The notes beneath the pieces were generated by a model. It saw nothing but the letters and a program-made list of their open reading frames with translations, was not told the origin of the DNA and did no database searches. From contig MHNE01000002.1 of NCBI GenBank assembly GCA_001819605.1, positions 1-48,436 on the forward strand: 48,436 nt of DNA, in the 5' to 3' direction. Below, piece after piece: positions 1 through 9,416 of the stretch (the first letter of the stretch is position 1; each line of letters begins with the position of its first letter). The position numbers and the translations under genes are program-made. Origin of the DNA: Candidatus Portnoybacteria bacterium RIFCSPLOWO2_01_FULL_43_11. GTDB taxonomy: Bacteria; Patescibacteriota; Minisyncoccia; Portnoybacterales; UBA2143.

Positions 1-3000
1 AGAAATATAGTACAGACGCTACTTCACCCACAATCTCCTCTATTTTATCTTCAAGCATTACTTCTAATTCATCCATTATTACATGGATAACCAATGAATC
101 GGCAACCTCGCAAGTCGAATACGGGCTAACTATAAGTTATGGCTCTCAAACAACTTTAGACACAAATTTAGTTGCTTCTCATTCAGTTAATCTTACTGGC
201 TTAACAGCAAACACAACTTATCATTATAGAGTTAAATCAAAAGACGCGGCTGGAAATCAAAGCGTAAGCGGGGATTATAGTTTTAAGACTCAATCGGCTC
301 CAGCTGGCCTTACAGTTCAAGTTGATGCAAATTCAGTTATAACAGAACTTAGCCCTTTGCTTTATGGTTGGTCAGGCAGTGGGGATTTTAGAAGCAGTGA
401 ACAGTTTATTTCTGCGGCAAAAGCTTATGGAGCAGATTCCTACCGCGTCGCAAGCAGTTATGATGTTGGCGCAAGAATGTTAGTTAAAATTGAAAATGGA
501 AAATACACTACTTTAACTAGCGATAATATCCCTCGTCAAAACTACGGACCTGTTTACAATTTAAAATTTGAAGCGACAGGCAATAGATTGAAAGTTTTTA
601 TTGATGGTCAAGAGATATTTAATGTTTTAGACTCAGATAATATTTCACCCCAAGGCAAAGTTGCCTTGATTGGATTTGGCGGCGATACAGTTTTATTTGA
701 CGACGCTTTAGTGAAAGATTCTTCGGGCAATATTCTTTTATCGAATAATTTTGAAAGCTCATCTTCTTTTTTAGGCGACGCTCAATGGACATTATCATCC
801 GGGCAATTTAAGTTTACTTCCTCTGATGGATGGATAAAAAGACCGGAATACGCGGTAGCTGGAAATTCTAATTGGAATAATTATTCTTTTGAAGTAAAAC
901 TTAAGCCCAGAATGTGGAATGGTTCATATACCGGCATTGCGGTAAGATATAACAGCGATAGCAGAGGAGTTACCAGCGGTTACCTATTTTTATGGCGTGA
1001 TTCTGAAATATGGAGAAACAGCAGTCTGCCGAGCAATGGATGGGAAGTGAAAGATTTCCCCGGAGCTTTAAATTTCGTTAATCAAACAGGCGTTAAACCT
1101 ATAATGATTGTAGGCATGAAAGCTGATGCAAAGTTTGCCGCTGATTTAGTAAGGGAAATGAACATTAATAGAGGTTACAACATTAAATATTGGGAATTGG
1201 GCAATGAAGAGTATTTTTGGGAGATGAGAAATTTTCCCGAACAATATGTGAAAGTAGTTAAAGAATTTTCTCAGGCGATGAAAGCGGTTGACCCTACGAT
1301 TAAAATAGGCGCCACTTTTAATTTTAATGAGGATGCTAAAATTTCGAGCTGGGATATACCTTTACTGCAAAATAATATTGCGGATTATATTGATTTTATC
1401 ATCACGCATTATTATTCTTTTCATGGAGAATCTCCAAACGCAAGTTATTTACAGACCGTGGCTGTCCCTTACGCCTTTGGTTACAATCATAGGGGAAAGG
1501 GAATAGGGAAGAAAGAAATAATAGAGAATTTTATAATGACTTATGCTCCGAATCGGGCGGGAAAGTTGGAGGTTTTGCTTACCGAATACCATCCGCGTTC
1601 ACCCAGAAACCAGGACATGACATTAGATGTGGGTATAGCTACGGCAGATATGTTGGGAATTTTAGGAGAACAGGGTTTTAAAGAGAGCGGTATTTATCGT
1701 TTAAACGCGGTAAGCGGTAGCAGTATTACTGGTATTTTTTCTGTTTTTGACAGTGATTACCAACCTAAACCTCATCAATTAGCAATATCTTTATTCCATG
1801 ATTATTTTCAGGATTTGGCTGTTAATGCAGATGTATATAATTCGCCTACTTTTTCTATCACCGGCGTAAGTAATGAATTACGAACTATGAGTGGCATTCC
1901 TTATCTTACAGCTTACGTAAGCAAAAGTAATGATGGGAAAAAACTTTCTTTGGCAGTAATCAACAAGCACGAAACTGATAATTTAACAAGTAGAATAGTT
2001 TTAAATGGCTTTATGCCTGAAGGTTCGGCTAATGTACGGACATTAAATGGAGCAACTGCAGATTCGATAACAGCAATCCTAACTTCAACTATATTGAACA
2101 CAGCGTCAAGTGATTTTTCATATAGTTTTCCTGCGCATTCAGTAACTATGATGGAGTTTAGTTCTGCTGTTTCAACCGACACCACTCCTCCAACAGTCTC
2201 AATCACCTCTCCAACATCAGGACAAACAGTTTCAAACACAACCGCTGTTTCCGCTTCCGCTTCGGATAATGTCGGAGTATCAGGAGTCCAGTTTAAACTT
2301 GACGGAGCCAATCTCGGAGCTGAAGACGCGACTTCACCTTATTCAATTTTTTGGAACACAACCTCTGCCGCAAACGGAACTCATACTTTAACAGCCACAG
2401 CCAGAGACGCGGCCGGGAATCAGACAACTTCGGCGGGAATCACAATCACAGTTAACAATGTTGTTTCAACCAAATTCTCAATCAATGACAGAATTATAAC
2501 CACAGATGTCCTTAATGTCCGCTCAACTCCTTCAACCTCGGGGACTCTTCTGGGAACACAACCTCTCGGAGCTTTGGGAACAGTCATCGGAGGTTCAACC
2601 TTTGCTGACGGCTACAACTGGTGGCAGATTAACTTTGACAACGCTCCTGACGGCTGGGCAGCGGAGAATTGGATGGAGAAATATACTGTTTCAGCGGGCA
2701 ATGTTTATTATGTTGATACCCAAGGTTTAGGAGGCGCGCCATCCGATGCCAATAATTGCACTTCTTTGTCTACTCCGTGTAAAACTATCCAAGCCGCAAT
2801 CAACAAAGGATGGGGATCAGGCGACACGATAAATGTCAGAGAAGGCGAATATTATGAGTATGTATTGTACACGGGTAGCGGAGGGGCTAATTGGGCAACT
2901 ATACAAAGTTATCCCGGAGAAAGAGCCACAATAGTGGGCGGACAAGTATTTACGGGGGCTTGGAGTGTTGACTCTGGGAATCGATACAAATCCGCTATTG

Positions 3001-6000
3001 GTTCAATAATGTGGACTCCTAACATAGTTGCCGTAGCTTGTCCCAGCGCACCAGAGGTTTTGCTATCGCGTTATGGCAGTAATAGTTCTGCGGATGTCAA
3101 TGCTCCTGGAGAGTGGTGGTATGATAAGGCTAACCAAAGGGCTTTTGTATGGCTTCCTAACGATGAAAACCCAAATACTTGCAGTATCCGATTTTCTAAA
3201 CTGCCCACTACAACCAATGATGGGTTAATACATATAAAGCCCGCTACTTCAGCTACTAGAATAAGAGTTCAAAATTTGGCAATTAAATACTCTAATTGGT
3301 GGGGAATAGACCTTGAGGATACAACACTTGCGGAGCATTCTAATTATACAGAAATCTTGGGTAATACAATTTCCTATGTTTATGATAGGGCGATATCAGG
3401 GAAAGGATTTGATAATGCTTTGTATAAGGACAATACTATATCTTACACAGGAATTAAAAGTGAGACTGCGCTTGAATCGGAAGCTATTTCTGTGGGTTAT
3501 GATGGTGTGAATCAAGTTATTTTAAATAACACACTTCATCATAATTATGGAATCAATCTCATGCTGTGGAAAACATCAAATAATGGGATAATGAAAGGAA
3601 ATACTTTATACACAGCGCTTGGAAAGAATACTGCTGGTGGAGCGGCGATGTATACTGAAGGCGCTGAGAGATCAAGGGTACAAAATAACCTTGTATATGA
3701 TTGGAGTAGTGATACCTCTATTGCTCACATTTGCGCTATATGTATAAATTCAGAAACAGAACAGAGTGGTGATACAAGATATAATACTTATTTAGGGAAT
3801 ATAATTAGTTCCCCCAAAATTGGTGTTTTTTTGCACTTAAATGATTATTTAACTAATGTAAATGATGTCCACCATAATCTCATTGCGCATAATACTATCT
3901 ATAACCCAAGGGGAGGTAGTAGTGGGGGCAACATCAGGGCGGGTTATGGTGTTGGGTATATAGATTTTCAAACATATATAAATAATATCTTAGTAGGATA
4001 CCAAGATAACCCTGCTCGCATGGTCTGGTATCAATCCGGTAGTACGCCAAATAGCGACTTTTTTGATAATAATCTCCATTATTCAACGGCTGTAAACACA
4101 ATGTATGGCAGTAAAACTGGAGATTCGTATAATAATTCTAACGGACAGACTGCGTTTAACTGGTGGCAGGCAAGCGCAGGAGTTGATGAAACTAATAGCA
4201 TTTATGGAAATCCTTTATTTATAGATGCCGCTAATAATAATTTTAAACTTCAGGTTGCTAGCCCGGCTATTAATACTGGGAGAGCTTGGACTAATGTGAA
4301 TGCCCAAGCCGGAACTTGCGCTGCGGGTTCGGCTACCACCATAAAAGTTGCCAATGCCGATTGGTTCCATGGCCCATGGGGAAATGATGGGGCTGGAGGA
4401 AATTATGTTGCCGGAGATTCTATCAGAATAAAAGGAGCGAGTACTGATCAGATAAGAACTGTTTCATCCGTGTCTTGGGCAACAGACGGGGCTTCTGACC
4501 GTACTGGCACGATAACCGTTACATCTCCTCTGGTTTGTCAAGCTGGGGACGGGGTGGCAATTTCGCAGTATTGGTTAGGGAGTAAACCAGATATCGGCGC
4601 TTTAGAGTTTTCAAGCGCTCCAACTAACAATCCTCCTGTTTTAGCTTCCATTGGCAGCAAAACAGTTAATGAAGGACAAACCTTAAGCTTCACTATTTCA
4701 GCCACAGATAGCGATGGAGACGCCTTAACCTATTCTGCTACTGGGTTGCCAACCGGAGCAACCTTTAACTCTTCAACCAGAACCTTCAGCTGGACTCCTT
4801 CTTCTGCCCAATCAGGAACTTATCCTGTTACCTTTTCAGTATCAGACGGAAAAGGAGGAACCGATTCTGAAACTATCACTATTACAGTGAGTGAAGTTGC
4901 AGACACCACCGCTCCAACAGTCTCCATCACCTCTCCAACATCAGGACAAACAGTTTCAAACACAATTACTATTTCCGCTTCCGCCTCGGACAATGTCGGA
5001 GTGTCAGGAGTCCAGTTCAAACTTGACGGAGCAAATCTCGGAACAGAAGACACCACCTCTCCTTATTCAGTTTCCTGGAACACAACTTCTGCCGCAAACG
5101 GCTCGCATACTTTAACGGCCACAGCCAGAGACGCGGCTGGGAATCAGACAACAGCAGCGGGAATTACGGTAATGATTAATAATGACACCACTCCGCCAGC
5201 AATCTCTTCTGTTTCGTCTTCAGGGATTACAACAAACTCGGCAACAATCACCTGGACAACCAATGAACCAACAACAAGCCAAGTTGAATATGGCTTTACC
5301 ATAACTTACGGACAAAGCACAGCCATAACTTTAACATACCAGACTTCTCATTCCGCAACTCTTTCAAGTCTTTCAGGAGGAACAACATATAACTATCGCG
5401 TCCGCTCAAAAGACGCGGCCGGGAACGAATCAATGAGCGTGAACAGAACATTCACGACTCTTCCATTGCAGGATACCACCCCTCCTTCCCAAATCACAAA
5501 CCTTTCCGCATCAGACATAACGGAAACTTCCGTTGTTCTTTCCTGGACTTCTCCCGGAGACGATGGAAACGCAGGAACAGCCTCATCCTACGATATCCGC
5601 TATTCAACGGCTTCTATCAACGGCAATAATTGGGGTAGCGCCGCTCAAGCAACAGGCGAGCCAACTCCATTACCGTCCGGTACTGTCCAAACTTATGTTG
5701 TAGTCGGGCTTTCGCCAAACGCAACTTATTATTTCGCCATCCGTTCTTCAGACGAAGTTCCAAATATTTCCGCTCTTTCCAACGTTGTTTCAGCTAAAAC
5801 CCTAGACACTGCGGCTCCAATAATCTCCAATATTCAAATTACCAACATAACCGAGGACAGCGCTAGTATATCTTTCACAACAAACGAACCGGCAGAAAGC
5901 CAAGTGGAATACGGCCTTACAATAACTTATGGCAACGCAACTCCAAACAATATTAATTTAGTTGAATCGCACAATGTTTCTTTAACCAATCTTTCCCAAA

Positions 6001-7670
6001 ACTCTACTTATCACTTTAGAATAAAAGTAAAAGACGGCTCGGGAAATATCGCCTTTTCCCAGGACTATGAGTTTACGACTTCAGGCCCAATTTTGTCTAT
6101 TTTAAACATTAGTGTTGTAAACATCAAGGCCAATTCCGCGGCAATAGAGTTTGATACCGGAAAAGAAACAACCGCTGTCATAAATTATTCTCTTGACTCA
6201 AACAACCTGAATCAAAAAATTGAAGATACTAATTTCTTAACTCATCACTCTATGACTATTTCAGGACTAAACAGAAACAAGACTTATTATTACAAGATAA
6301 CCGCCAAAGACAGAAACAATCAAACAATTTCAAGCAATGTTTTGTCGTTTGAAACCTCTGTTCGCCTGGCAAAATCTCCTAAAGTAAGCAATCTTCAAAT
6401 AAAGCGCGGCTCTCTTATACTTACTTGGGAAAACCCGATTGAATACGAGTTTTACAAGGAAACAATTGTGTTAAGATTAACAAACGACAAAACAGATATC
6501 GGGCAAATCCCTGAAAGCCATCTTAATTCCGAATTGTTCGCGGGCAACGGCAACACTTTTGAAGACAAGACCGTGGAATACGATAAAACATATTATTACT
6601 GGGTTTTCACTAAAGACGACCAGGGAACGTATTCTGACGGAGAAATGGTTTATGATATGATTTCTTCTCCAGCGTCGTCTGGCGGCGGAGGAGGCGGAGG
6701 CGGAGGCGGAGGAGGCGGAGGCGGAGGAGGTTCAGTTCAAGACACCACCCCGCCATCTTTACCAGCTAATTTTAAAGCCAGTTCCGCAGACAAACAAATC
6801 AATCTCTCTTGGAAAAATCCTCAAGACACAGACTTTGTCAGAGTCCTTATTCTCTCAACCACTACGCCAATAGAAGCAAGCTGGTCAAAAGACACTCTCC
6901 TTGCTAAAGGAGCAAGAATAGTTTATGAAGGAAGTAAAATAGAATTCACAGACACTAATTTAGATAATAATACCATTTATTACTACGCAATCTTTTCCTA
7001 TGACAGAAAACCCAATTATTCAGCTCCGGTAATTATTCAAGCTCAACCGGAAGCCGGAAGAGTCTATATTCCTCAAGAAAGAAAAGAGCAGGAACAAATC
7101 TCAAATCTTCCTTATCCCAACGGCGCTCTTTTAAAAACCCAAGACAGCGATAAAATCTACTTTATCGTTAATAATCAAAAAAGATGGATTATTAACCCGG
7201 CTGTGTTTTTCTCCTACGGCCTTATTCCCAATTCCCAAATCACTGTGTCTCAAAGCGTCTTAGACCAATACCCGGAAGGAAAGGAAATCAAAGAACCTTC
7301 GCTAAGACAAGGAACTCTTGTCAGAGCCAAAAACGATTTTAAGGTCTACATTATCAAACCACCCTACAAAAGACACATCTTTAATCCGGCTATATTTAAT
7401 ATGTACAAGCACTTTAATTGGAATAGCATCCAAGAACTTGAACCAGAGATTGTTTCTTCCTACATTACCTCTGACATCTACCGATCCATAGACGATTTTA
7501 GAGTTTATTCCTTGGAAGAAATAGACGAAGCAAAAGGTAAAGCCATTAAACATCACTTAAATCTCACCCCAACTCAATTCATTGACAAGAACTACAAATG
7601 GGAGCAAATCTTTATCGTGAATCAAGAGGAGAGGGATTATTATGAGACAGGAGGAGATTTAACGGAGTGA
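1..7670 (+). CDS. Giant secreted multidomain surface protein, 5-prime partial (frame open from the window edge; first full codon at nt 3)
   Basis: The frame of ORF 357..7670 stays stop-free back to nt 3 and already encodes an FN3-like repeat there (ITWITNESATSQVEYG...TYHYRVKSKDAAGN). Recognisable modules: LamG/ConA-like region, clan GH-A-type TIM-barrel motifs (WELGNEEY, LLTEYHP), Ig-like domains, an SH3b-like segment, parallel beta-helix repeats, a putative Ig domain (PPVLASIGSKTVNEGQTLSF), many FN3 repeats, a poly-Gly linker and a C-terminal module shared with the next two secreted proteins. Confidence 0.85.
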   Translation, partial: KYSTDATSPTISSILSSSITSNSSIITWITNESATSQVEYGLTISYGSQTTLDTNLVASHSVNLTGLTANTTYHYRVKSKDAAGNQSVSGDYSFKTQSAPAGLTVQVDANSVITELSPLLYGWSGSGDFRSSEQFISAAKAYGADSYRVASSYDVGARMLVKIENGKYTTLTSDNIPRQNYGPVYNLKFEATGNRLKVFIDGQEIFNVLDSDNISPQGKVALIGFGGDTVLFDDALVKDSSGNILLSNNFESSSSFLGDAQWTLSSGQFKFTSSDGWIKRPEYAVAGNSNWNNYSFEVKLKPRMWNGSYTGIAVRYNSDSRGVTSGYLFLWRDSEIWRNSSLPSNGWEVKDFPGALNFVNQTGVKPIMIVGMKADAKFAADLVREMNINRGYNIKYWELGNEEYFWEMRNFPEQYVKVVKEFSQAMKAVDPTIKIGATFNFNEDAKISSWDIPLLQNNIADYIDFIITHYYSFHGESPNASYLQTVAVPYAFGYNHRGKGIGKKEIIENFIMTYAPNRAGKLEVLLTEYHPRSPRNQDMTLDVGIATADMLGILGEQGFKESGIYRLNAVSGSSITGIFSVFDSDYQPKPHQLAISLFHDYFQDLAVNADVYNSPTFSITGVSNELRTMSGIPYLTAYVSKSNDGKKLSLAVINKHETDNLTSRIVLNGFMPEGSANVRTLNGATADSITAILTSTILNTASSDFSYSFPAHSVTMMEFSSAVSTDTTPPTVSITSPTSGQTVSNTTAVSASASDNVGVSGVQFKLDGANLGAEDATSPYSIFWNTTSAANGTHTLTATARDAAGNQTTSAGITITVNNVVSTKFSINDRIITTDVLNVRSTPSTSGTLLGTQPLGALGTVIGGSTFADGYNWWQINFDNAPDGWAAENWMEKYTVSAGNVYYVDTQGLGGAPSDANNCTSLSTPCKTIQAAINKGWGSGDTINVREGEYYEYVLYTGSGGANWATIQSYPGERATIVGGQVFTGAWSVDSGNRYKSAIGSIMWTPNIVAVACPSAPEVLLSRYGSNSSADVNAPGEWWYDKANQRAFVWLPNDENPNTCSIRFSKLPTTTNDGLIHIKPATSATRIRVQNLAIKYSNWWGIDLEDTTLAEHSNYTEILGNTISYVYDRAISGKGFDNALYKDNTISYTGIKSETALESEAISVGYDGVNQVILNNTLHHNYGINLMLWKTSNNGIMKGNTLYTALGKNTAGGAAMYTEGAERSRVQNNLVYDWSSDTSIAHICAICINSETEQSGDTRYNTYLGNIISSPKIGVFLHLNDYLTNVNDVHHNLIAHNTIYNPRGGSSGGNIRAGYGVGYIDFQTYINNILVGYQDNPARMVWYQSGSTPNSDFFDNNLHYSTAVNTMYGSKTGDSYNNSNGQTAFNWWQASAGVDETNSIYGNPLFIDAANNNFKLQVASPAINTGRAWTNVNAQAGTCAAGSATTIKVANADWFHGPWGNDGAGGNYVAGDSIRIKGASTDQIRTVSSVSWATDGASDRTGTITVTSPLVCQAGDGVAISQYWLGSKPDIGALEFSSAPTNNPPVLASIGSKTVNEGQTLSFTISATDSDGDALTYSATGLPTGATFNSSTRTFSWTPSSAQSGTYPVTFSVSDGKGGTDSETITITVSEVADTTAPTVSITSPTSGQTVSNTITISASASDNVGVSGVQFKLDGANLGTEDTTSPYSVSWNTTSAANGSHTLTATARDAAGNQTTAAGITVMINNDTTPPAISSVSSSGITTNSATITWTTNEPTTSQVEYGFTITYGQSTAITLTYQTSHSATLSSLSGGTTYNYRVRSKDAAGNESMSVNRTFTTLPLQDTTPPSQITNLSASDITETSVVLSWTSPGDDGNAGTASSYDIRYSTASINGNNWGSAAQATGEPTPLPSGTVQTYVVVGLSPNATYYFAIRSSDEVPNISALSNVVSAKTLDTAAPIISNIQITNITEDSASISFTTNEPAESQVEYGLTITYGNATPNNINLVESHNVSLTNLSQNSTYHFRIKVKDGSGNIAFSQDYEFTTSGPILSILNISVVNIKANSAAIEFDTGKETTAVINYSLDSNNLNQKIEDTNFLTHHSMTISGLNRNKTYYYKITAKDRNNQTISSNVLSFETSVRLAKSPKVSNLQIKRGSLILTWENPIEYEFYKETIVLRLTNDKTDIGQIPESHLNSELFAGNGNTFEDKTVEYDKTYYYWVFTKDDQGTYSDGEMVYDMISSPASSGGGGGGGGGGGGGGGGGSVQDTTPPSLPANFKASSADKQINLSWKNPQDTDFVRVLILSTTTPIEASWSKDTLLAKGARIVYEGSKIEFTDTNLDNNTIYYYAIFSYDRKPNYSAPVIIQAQPEAGRVYIPQERKEQEQISNLPYPNGALLKTQDSDKIYFIVNNQKRWIINPAVFFSYGLIPNSQITVSQSVLDQYPEGKEIKEPSLRQGTLVRAKNDFKVYIIKPPYKRHIFNPAIFNMYKHFNWNSIQELEPEIVSSYITSDIYRSIDDFRVYSLEEIDEAKGKAIKHHLNLTPTQFIDKNYKWEQIFIVNQEERDYYETGGDLTE
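2181..2460. repeat. Intragenic duplication, copy 1 (Ig-like domain TPPTVSITSPTSGQTVSNT...ARDAAGNQTT)
   Basis: About 280 bp, near-identical at DNA level to 4905..5183 by eye (only scattered substitutions). Confidence 0.85.
4905..5183. repeat. Intragenic duplication, copy 2
   Basis: Same Ig-like domain as 2181..2460. The antisense shadow ORFs 1913..2311 and 4820..5056 mirror each other for the same reason. Confidence 0.85.
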
Positions 7671-7698
7671 GGATTGGATTAAAATCAAGTTGAGATTT

Positions 7699-7732
7699 AA
7701 AATACGGCCAATGAGCCGTATTTTGATTTTTT
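7699..7732 (+). terminator. Rho-independent terminator after the giant gene
   Basis: Stem AAAATACGGC / GCCGTATTTT with loop CAATGA, followed by GATTTTTT. Confidence 0.7.
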
Positions 7733-7763
7733 ATGAGAATTTAGATATACTTAATTGTGCGGA

Positions 7764-9404
7764 ATGAAACGAATTGAGATTATGTTTACCCGGATTTTTA
7801 ATCATCAATCCAAAACTATTTTTTCAGCCGCTGTTATTTTAGGAGCGGCTTCTTTGATGAGCCGTTTTTTGGGTTTAGTCAGGGAAAGTATTTTTGCTTC
7901 TAAATTCGGCGCCGGCGATGTAATGGATATTTATAACGCGGCTTTTAGGATTCCTGATTTAGTTTACGGCTTATTGGTGGTTGGCGCTCTTTCCGCCGGT
8001 TTTATTCCTGTTTTTACCGATTATCTGAATAAAGAAGAAAATTCTAAAGAGGTTTGGTATCTGGCTAACGGAGTTTTAAATATTATAGTAATCGGCACTA
8101 TTATTGTCTCCGGAGTTTTAATTTTATTCGCATCTTTTATAGTGCCTTTAATCGCCCCGGGTTTTAGCCCTGAAAAAACCGCCTTAACCGTTAATTTAAC
8201 GCGGCTAATGTTTATCAGCCCGATTTTTTTGGCCGTGAGCGCGGTTTTGGGCGGCATTCTTCAATCTTTAAAAAAGTTTTTTATTTATTCTCTGGCGCCG
8301 ATTTTTTATAATTTAGGCATTATTTTCGGCGCTTTGGTTTTAGTTAATTTTTGGGGAATTTACGGATTGGGAGCCGGGGTGATTTTAGGCGCGATTTTAC
8401 ATATGTTGATTCAGGCGCCTTCAGTAATTTGGTCCGGTTTTAGATACAGATGGGTTTTTGATTTTACTCATAAGGGTATCCGTCGGCTGGGACGGCTGAT
8501 GATTCCCCGCGTTTTAAGCTTGGCCGCGGCTCAATTAGATTTAATCGTTATGACCATTATCGGCTCCACTTTGGCTTCCGGAAGTATTACTATTTTTATT
8601 TTCGCTTATCATTTACAGAGTTTGCCTTGGGGCGTGATCGGTATTTCTTTTGCTTTGGCCGCTTTTCCCGCTCTTTCCCAATTTGGAGCCAAAAAAGACT
8701 GGGCTAATTTTTCAGAAAATTTTTCAAATACTCTAAGGCAGATTTTATTTCTGGTTATTCCAATGAGCGCTTTGCTTTTGGTTTTAAGAGTTCAAATTAT
8801 TGAAGTAATTTTTGGCCACGGCTTTTTCGGCTTTAATCAATTCAACCGGTCAGCAATTGAGCTGACCAGTCAGTCCCTTTTTTATTTTTCTCTGGGCCTT
8901 TTTGCTTTAAGTTTGGATTCGCTTCTTACCCGTTCTTTTTTTTCTTTGGAAAACGCCAAAACCCCGTTTTTTATCGCGCTTTTGGCCACCGGCGTAAACA
9001 TCGGCGCCAGTTTAATCTTAATCCGTTATTTATCAGTGGCTGGTTTGGCTTTGGGGTTTACCTTGGCTGGTCTTACGAGAGTCGGTCTTTATTGGATTTT
9101 TCTAAAAAAGGAAGTCAGGAAATTTTTTGTTTTGCAAAAAGAAACAGAAATCTTAGACCAAAAAAGAATTTTTGCTTCTTTGGCTAAAATTATTTTCAGC
9201 TCACTTACAGCCGGCTTAGTTTCTTATTGGATTTTATCTTTAACGGCTCCTTTGGTTAATTTAGAAACTACTTCAGGAATTTTTATTCAGGGTTTATCGG
9301 CTGGCATAGCCGGCTTTTTAATTTATTTTATTTTAACTTTTCTTCTGCGTTCGCCGGAAATGATAACTTTACAGAGAAAATTATGGGGTTTTAATAAAGG
9401 TTAA
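7764..9404 (+). CDS. murJ: Lipid II flippase MurJ/MviN
   Basis: Polytopic membrane protein with the MurJ-type N-terminus (LMSRFLGLVRESIFASKFGAGDVMDIYNAAFRIPDLVYGLLVVGALSAGFIPVF). The ATG at 7764 is preferred over the track's TTG at 7755. Confidence 0.85.
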   Translation: MKRIEIMFTRIFNHQSKTIFSAAVILGAASLMSRFLGLVRESIFASKFGAGDVMDIYNAAFRIPDLVYGLLVVGALSAGFIPVFTDYLNKEENSKEVWYLANGVLNIIVIGTIIVSGVLILFASFIVPLIAPGFSPEKTALTVNLTRLMFISPIFLAVSAVLGGILQSLKKFFIYSLAPIFYNLGIIFGALVLVNFWGIYGLGAGVILGAILHMLIQAPSVIWSGFRYRWVFDFTHKGIRRLGRLMIPRVLSLAAAQLDLIVMTIIGSTLASGSITIFIFAYHLQSLPWGVIGISFALAAFPALSQFGAKKDWANFSENFSNTLRQILFLVIPMSALLLVLRVQIIEVIFGHGFFGFNQFNRSAIELTSQSLFYFSLGLFALSLDSLLTRSFFSLENAKTPFFIALLATGVNIGASLILIRYLSVAGLALGFTLAGLTRVGLYWIFLKKEVRKFFVLQKETEILDQKRIFASLAKIIFSSLTAGLVSYWILSLTAPLVNLETTSGIFIQGLSAGIAGFLIYFILTFLLRSPEMITLQRKLWGFNKG

Positions 9405-9416
9405 AATCCTTAACAT

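Noticed and set aside
1913-2311. Minus-strand ORFs inside the giant gene (1913-2311, 4820-5056, 7302-7556) and plus-strand off-frame ORFs (2506-2730, 3313-3510, 4891-5115)
   Set aside because: These are shadow ORFs fully contained in a long, domain-rich CDS. The two antisense ones mirror the intragenic duplication. None has an independent signal.
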